Origin: Chara braunii
Taxonomy: Eukaryota; Plantae; Charophyceae
Assembly: GCA_003427395.1 (NCBI GenBank)
Contig: BFEA01000027.1
Coordinates: forward strand, 461,111 to 508,678
Length of the DNA stretch: 47,568 nt
Reading direction: 5' to 3'
In this document: positions 46,571-47,568 of the stretch, in pieces
Numbering within the stretch: position 1 is the stretch's first letter
Layout: each line of letters opens with the position of its first letter
Position numbers and translations under genes: made by a program
Notes under the pieces: model-generated
Database searches by the model: none
Seen by the model: only the letters and a program-made list of their open reading frames with translations
Told to the model about the DNA's origin: nothing

Positions 46571-47568
46571 CCCAAAGTCCGTACGACACAATCAATGAAT
46601 TCTCACAATCTTAATTTCCGAGTTCATTTCTAAGTGTCTAATTATTGCAACAAATACCTTAAATTCTATTTTTTCCTTATAGAAGTCTATCAAGAGTTTT
46701 GACCGTCGCGGCAACATTCATTGCTAACTTGTCATATTTGCAACTTTGATTTCCCCGCAATAAACTCAAGGATCACCTTTATGATAACAGACCTGCTCCC
46801 TCTCGTATTCACTCTAATGCAACATAGGTTCATTATACTAATTGTATAATGGGTATCTTTCAATCTATATACAACAATAATTATCGTACATTGTATTCAG
46901 GTGAGGAACGTCGAGGTGCAGCATTGATATGGATCTCTACCACCTCTTGCATAACCCACACTACGTAGTAATGCAACATCATAATACTCTATAAATAATA
47001 TTTTTCTATAGACTATCAAAATCGTGTAACGTTTTGCTAACAATTTTAAAACAAGACAAGCGGGTTGAATCTGGCTCATCATATCCATGCAACGACCACC
47101 CTGTCCCTCATATCATGAATCTTATAAGTTTGGCAGAGTACGGATGTTTTTAATGATCACACATACCAAGTTACTCTCATTTCCTACATGTGGCAGAGTA
47201 AGAACGTTTTCAATGATCACACACACCAAGTTACTCTTTATTTCCTACATGGATGATCAAGGTCAGTTTGAGTTACAATTGTGTTAATCACACGTGCATA
47301 GTTTTGTATACCATTTATTGACATCAGTTAGAGTGATAGCGGGTAAATTGCTAATTAAAAGCAAAATCATTTATCACACAAATCATTCACGAATGTTTAG
47401 TGTGTACGTAAATGCAAAAAAATTCTCAATCGTCATACACATACGTATTACCTTCCATAAGTAAACATTGAAAACGAGTTTGATGCTTGTTAAAGCTTTG
47501 AACCATCTGCTATTTACACTTACCTTGCACTGACACTTTCATCTAAAAGCTACATATTATCGCTTATT

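Overview
Eukaryotic, intron- and repeat-rich nuclear DNA of a green plant. Several clues suggest a non-vascular streptophyte such as a charophyte alga (inference): mitochondrial nad7 inserts that need no editing and lack an intron, very long TE-filled introns, and a LanC-like protein that looks ancestral. Two convergent protein genes are reconstructed exon by exon. (1) The 3' part of a LanC-like (GCR2/GCL) gene on + (exons 907-1056, 8360-8883, 14380-14524). (2) A complete 11-exon, 354-aa HD2-type (HD-tuin/nucleoplasmin-like) histone deacetylase with a C-terminal C2H2 finger on - (39618 to 24481); its third intron is a U12-type AT-AC intron. The main hidden feature is that the HD2 introns carry sense-strand tandem arrays of box C/D snoRNAs: 5 x snR38/snoR38Y-like, 4 x U79/snoR44-like and 2 x an unassigned 25S guide. 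The window also holds a U6 pseudogene, organelle-derived inserts (mitochondrial rrn18, two nad7 pieces, plastid rrn16, a probable group II intron domain I), five copies of a 105-bp TA-targeting MITE, a TTAA-flanked TIR family, LINE relics, a ~400-bp degenerate satellite/foldback, microsatellites and two assembly gaps.
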